Shown one piece after another: positions 62,278 through 64,000 of a stretch of DNA of 64,000 nucleotides. Both the position numbers and the translations under genes were made by a program. The notes under the pieces were generated by a model. The model was not told where the DNA came from. It ran no database searches and was given only the letters and a program-made list of their open reading frames with translations. Position 1 is the first letter of the stretch. The number at the start of each line of letters is the position of its first letter. The stretch comes from a virus. Lineage: Duplodnaviria > Heunggongvirae > Uroviricota > Caudoviricetes. The DNA lies in IMG/VR virus record IMGVR_UViG_3300027908_000001, positions 87,167 through 151,166 of that record, one strand, 5' to 3'.

Positions 62278-63609
62278 TCAGCGGTTACGTTGCGCCATTG
62301 CAATCGTTGAAATGGCTCCCCCGAAAACATTCTTCCGCACCGTCTCGGCGCGCGCGCTCTTGTCGTCCAACTGCCCGGCTTGCTGACTGCGGGCCTTCAC
62401 TACCGGCTCCGTCTGGGCCTTGGCGACCTCGTCGGTCTTGGCCACAGTCGCGCCTTCGCGAATCATCTTGGCCATCGCCTTCTCCAGATTCTCGACACGC
62501 GCCTTCTCCACCCCGGCATCCGCCAGCGCCTTTTCCAGCGTGCCGACTTGCGTCTTGAGCGTGGCCAGTTCAGCCTGTAGCGCATCATCCTTGGCCGCTT
62601 CGCCATCGTTGGTCTTGATGGCACCGATACCGGAATCATTGGCCTTGCGTTCCTTGTCGATGGCGTTGGCCGTGGCCGTTACCGCCGCTTCCTTGGAAGC
62701 ATCGATGGCCTTCTCGCCGGGCCGCGACGTGTCAATCTTGGTGATTTGCGCCGCCGAACTGGTCGACTTGCCCGCCGCTTCCACCGTGCCGCCATTGGAT
62801 TCGTCGGTGTGGTCGCACGCGTCCTGCGTTTCCTTGACCGCCGCGAGTTCTTCCTTCTTGCGGGCTGCTTCACCCGGTCGGCTCGTATCAAACTTCGTGA
62901 GCCGGTCCAGAGACGCCTTCACGTCAAGAAACGACTTCTTGAGTTCTTCCGCGTCAGCCTTGCTCATATGACTGAAATCCACGCCACCGGACTGCGAATC
63001 GTCCTTCGGCTTCATCTGCTGCGTCGGCTGGCGGGACTCAACCGCGCCTTCGACATGGGACCCGACGTTCTTCGCGTCCGCTACGCGCTCGCCGAGGTCG
63101 GGCAGTGTCACCGCGTTGTCGGCATCGCCGCCGTCGCTGTCCTTGAGCTTGCCGTCCGTCGGAGCCGCATCGCCCACGCGCTCACCCCGGGAATCCTTGA
63201 CGCCTTCCAGCGCCTTGGCCACGATGGCCTTGTATAGCTCCGGGTTGGCCTTCTCGATGTCGGCTGCTGTCGCCTTTGAAATGTCCATGTCGTTCACGCT
63301 CTCCGTTGTTGCAGTTTTCTCGACAGCCGCTTCGGGCTTCTTGCCAAATGCCTTCGCTATCATTCCGGTAATTCCGCTCACGAGGTCCTCCGCAATCTTT
63401 GTGATAGTTTGTGCATCGACACTTTGTTCGTCACTATTCGCGCCAGAGGGTAAACGCGTTTGCGAAGATTCCGCGTCGACCTCGGCATCGGCGTCCTTGG
63501 ATTTCATTAAAACGTGGGTGGCCTCGGGCACGGCAGGTGACTTGCAGAGACCAACCCGCGTGATTCGCACATCACTCAATTCGTTGTAACCGGCTTGTGT
63601 TTTATCCAT
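62278..63609 (-). CDS. capsid scaffolding protein carrying an XkdF-type protease segment at its N-terminus
   Basis: NELSDVRITRVGLCKSPAVPEA...KS, then acidic Ala-rich coiled coil; SD GAGGAG. Confidence 0.75.
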   Translation of the reverse strand: MDKTQAGYNELSDVRITRVGLCKSPAVPEATHVLMKSKDADAEVDAESSQTRLPSGANSDEQSVDAQTITKIAEDLVSGITGMIAKAFGKKPEAAVEKTATTESVNDMDISKATAADIEKANPELYKAIVAKALEGVKDSRGERVGDAAPTDGKLKDSDGGDADNAVTLPDLGERVADAKNVGSHVEGAVESRQPTQQMKPKDDSQSGGVDFSHMSKADAEELKKSFLDVKASLDRLTKFDTSRPGEAARKKEELAAVKETQDACDHTDESNGGTVEAAGKSTSSAAQITKIDTSRPGEKAIDASKEAAVTATANAIDKERKANDSGIGAIKTNDGEAAKDDALQAELATLKTQVGTLEKALADAGVEKARVENLEKAMAKMIREGATVAKTDEVAKAQTEPVVKARSQQAGQLDDKSARAETVRKNVFGGAISTIAMAQRNR

Positions 63610-63612
63610 AAA

Positions 63613-64000
63613 TTAGTTCTCCTCGGTCGGCTCGATGCGTTTTCTAATTCCGCGGCCGTAAATTGAAAAACCGGTTTTCAAACCCTTCTTGATTTTGTCC
63701 CAGTAGGTTGGCGTCCACACGACACCCAGCATGCCGGTTCCCTTCGGAAGGAGGCGTGCTTCTCCGGATTTAACTATCGCTTTTTGAAGTTCCGAAATCT
63801 TCTGGATACGTTCCTGATTCTCGGCGGAGTAAGTATCCGTTTTGGCAAAAAGGGTGTCGGCAGGTAGGCAATACTTCTCGACCGTATCTCCCATCTTGAG
63901 GTTCTTAACTAGGCTGTGTTCATCATCGAGCAAGCCGTCGGAAAGCTTCATCCCCCAGAGCGCTTTCTCGATTTCGTCGGCGGAAATTTTATCGAGTTGA
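63613..64000 (-). CDS. XkdF-like prohead serine protease (partial, begins beyond the window)
   Basis: ISADEIEKAL..., WDKIKKGLKTGFSIYG. Confidence 0.85.
   Translation of the reverse strand, partial: QLDKISADEIEKALWGMKLSDGLLDDEHSLVKNLKMGDTVEKYCLPADTLFAKTDTYSAENQERIQKISELQKAIVKSGEARLLPKGTGMLGVVWTPTYWDKIKKGLKTGFSIYGRGIRKRIEPTEEN

Noticed and set aside
1-64000. Stop-codon reassignment
   Set aside because: Conserved genes (capsid, tape measure, DnaB, DnaN) are full length in the standard code, and TAA, TAG and TGA all terminate coupled genes
1-64000. tRNA/rRNA genes, integrase/att site, reverse transcriptase/DGR
   Set aside because: None recognised; intergenic gaps are short and accounted for by promoters or hairpins. 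A tRNAscan/Infernal run would be needed to exclude them formally

Overview
The window is an internal, densely packed segment of a large (>64 kb) tailed dsDNA phage. It is probably siphovirus-like: there is a long tape measure protein and no sheath gene is recognisable. Almost every gene is on the minus strand. In transcription order (64000 to 1) the modules are: XkdF-type prohead protease, scaffold and major capsid; head-tail connector, tail completion and terminator; a 4-gene plus-strand island; glycosyltransferase, tail tube, frameshifted chaperone, tape measure and a ~1000-aa Thr-rich tail protein; sulfotransferase and glycosyltransferase; a block of signal-peptide-bearing carbohydrate-active proteins; an HTH regulator; a glycosyltransferase-sulfotransferase fusion and a papain-like protease; many small early genes; a coupled operon (SMC-like ATPase, small TM protein, J-like/pseudokinase, VWA, divergent PurA, R2K-type ATP-grasp); a histone-fold gene leading a recombination operon; replication genes (initiator, DnaB, SSB); a DNA-modification-like cluster; and DnaN. 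DnaN, SSB and DnaB resemble Verrucomicrobiota proteins from memory, which suggests the host (inference). Three repeated cis-element families are visible: sigma70 promoters carrying a 13-bp palindromic operator, a late-gene motif TGACCC-N5-GGCGAA, and a start-associated sequence AACCGAYAGGA. The strongest candidates for undescribed systems are the pseudokinase-VWA-PurA-like-ATP-grasp operon and a possible virion glycosylation/sulfation system. All family assignments come from motif recognition by eye, not from database searches.
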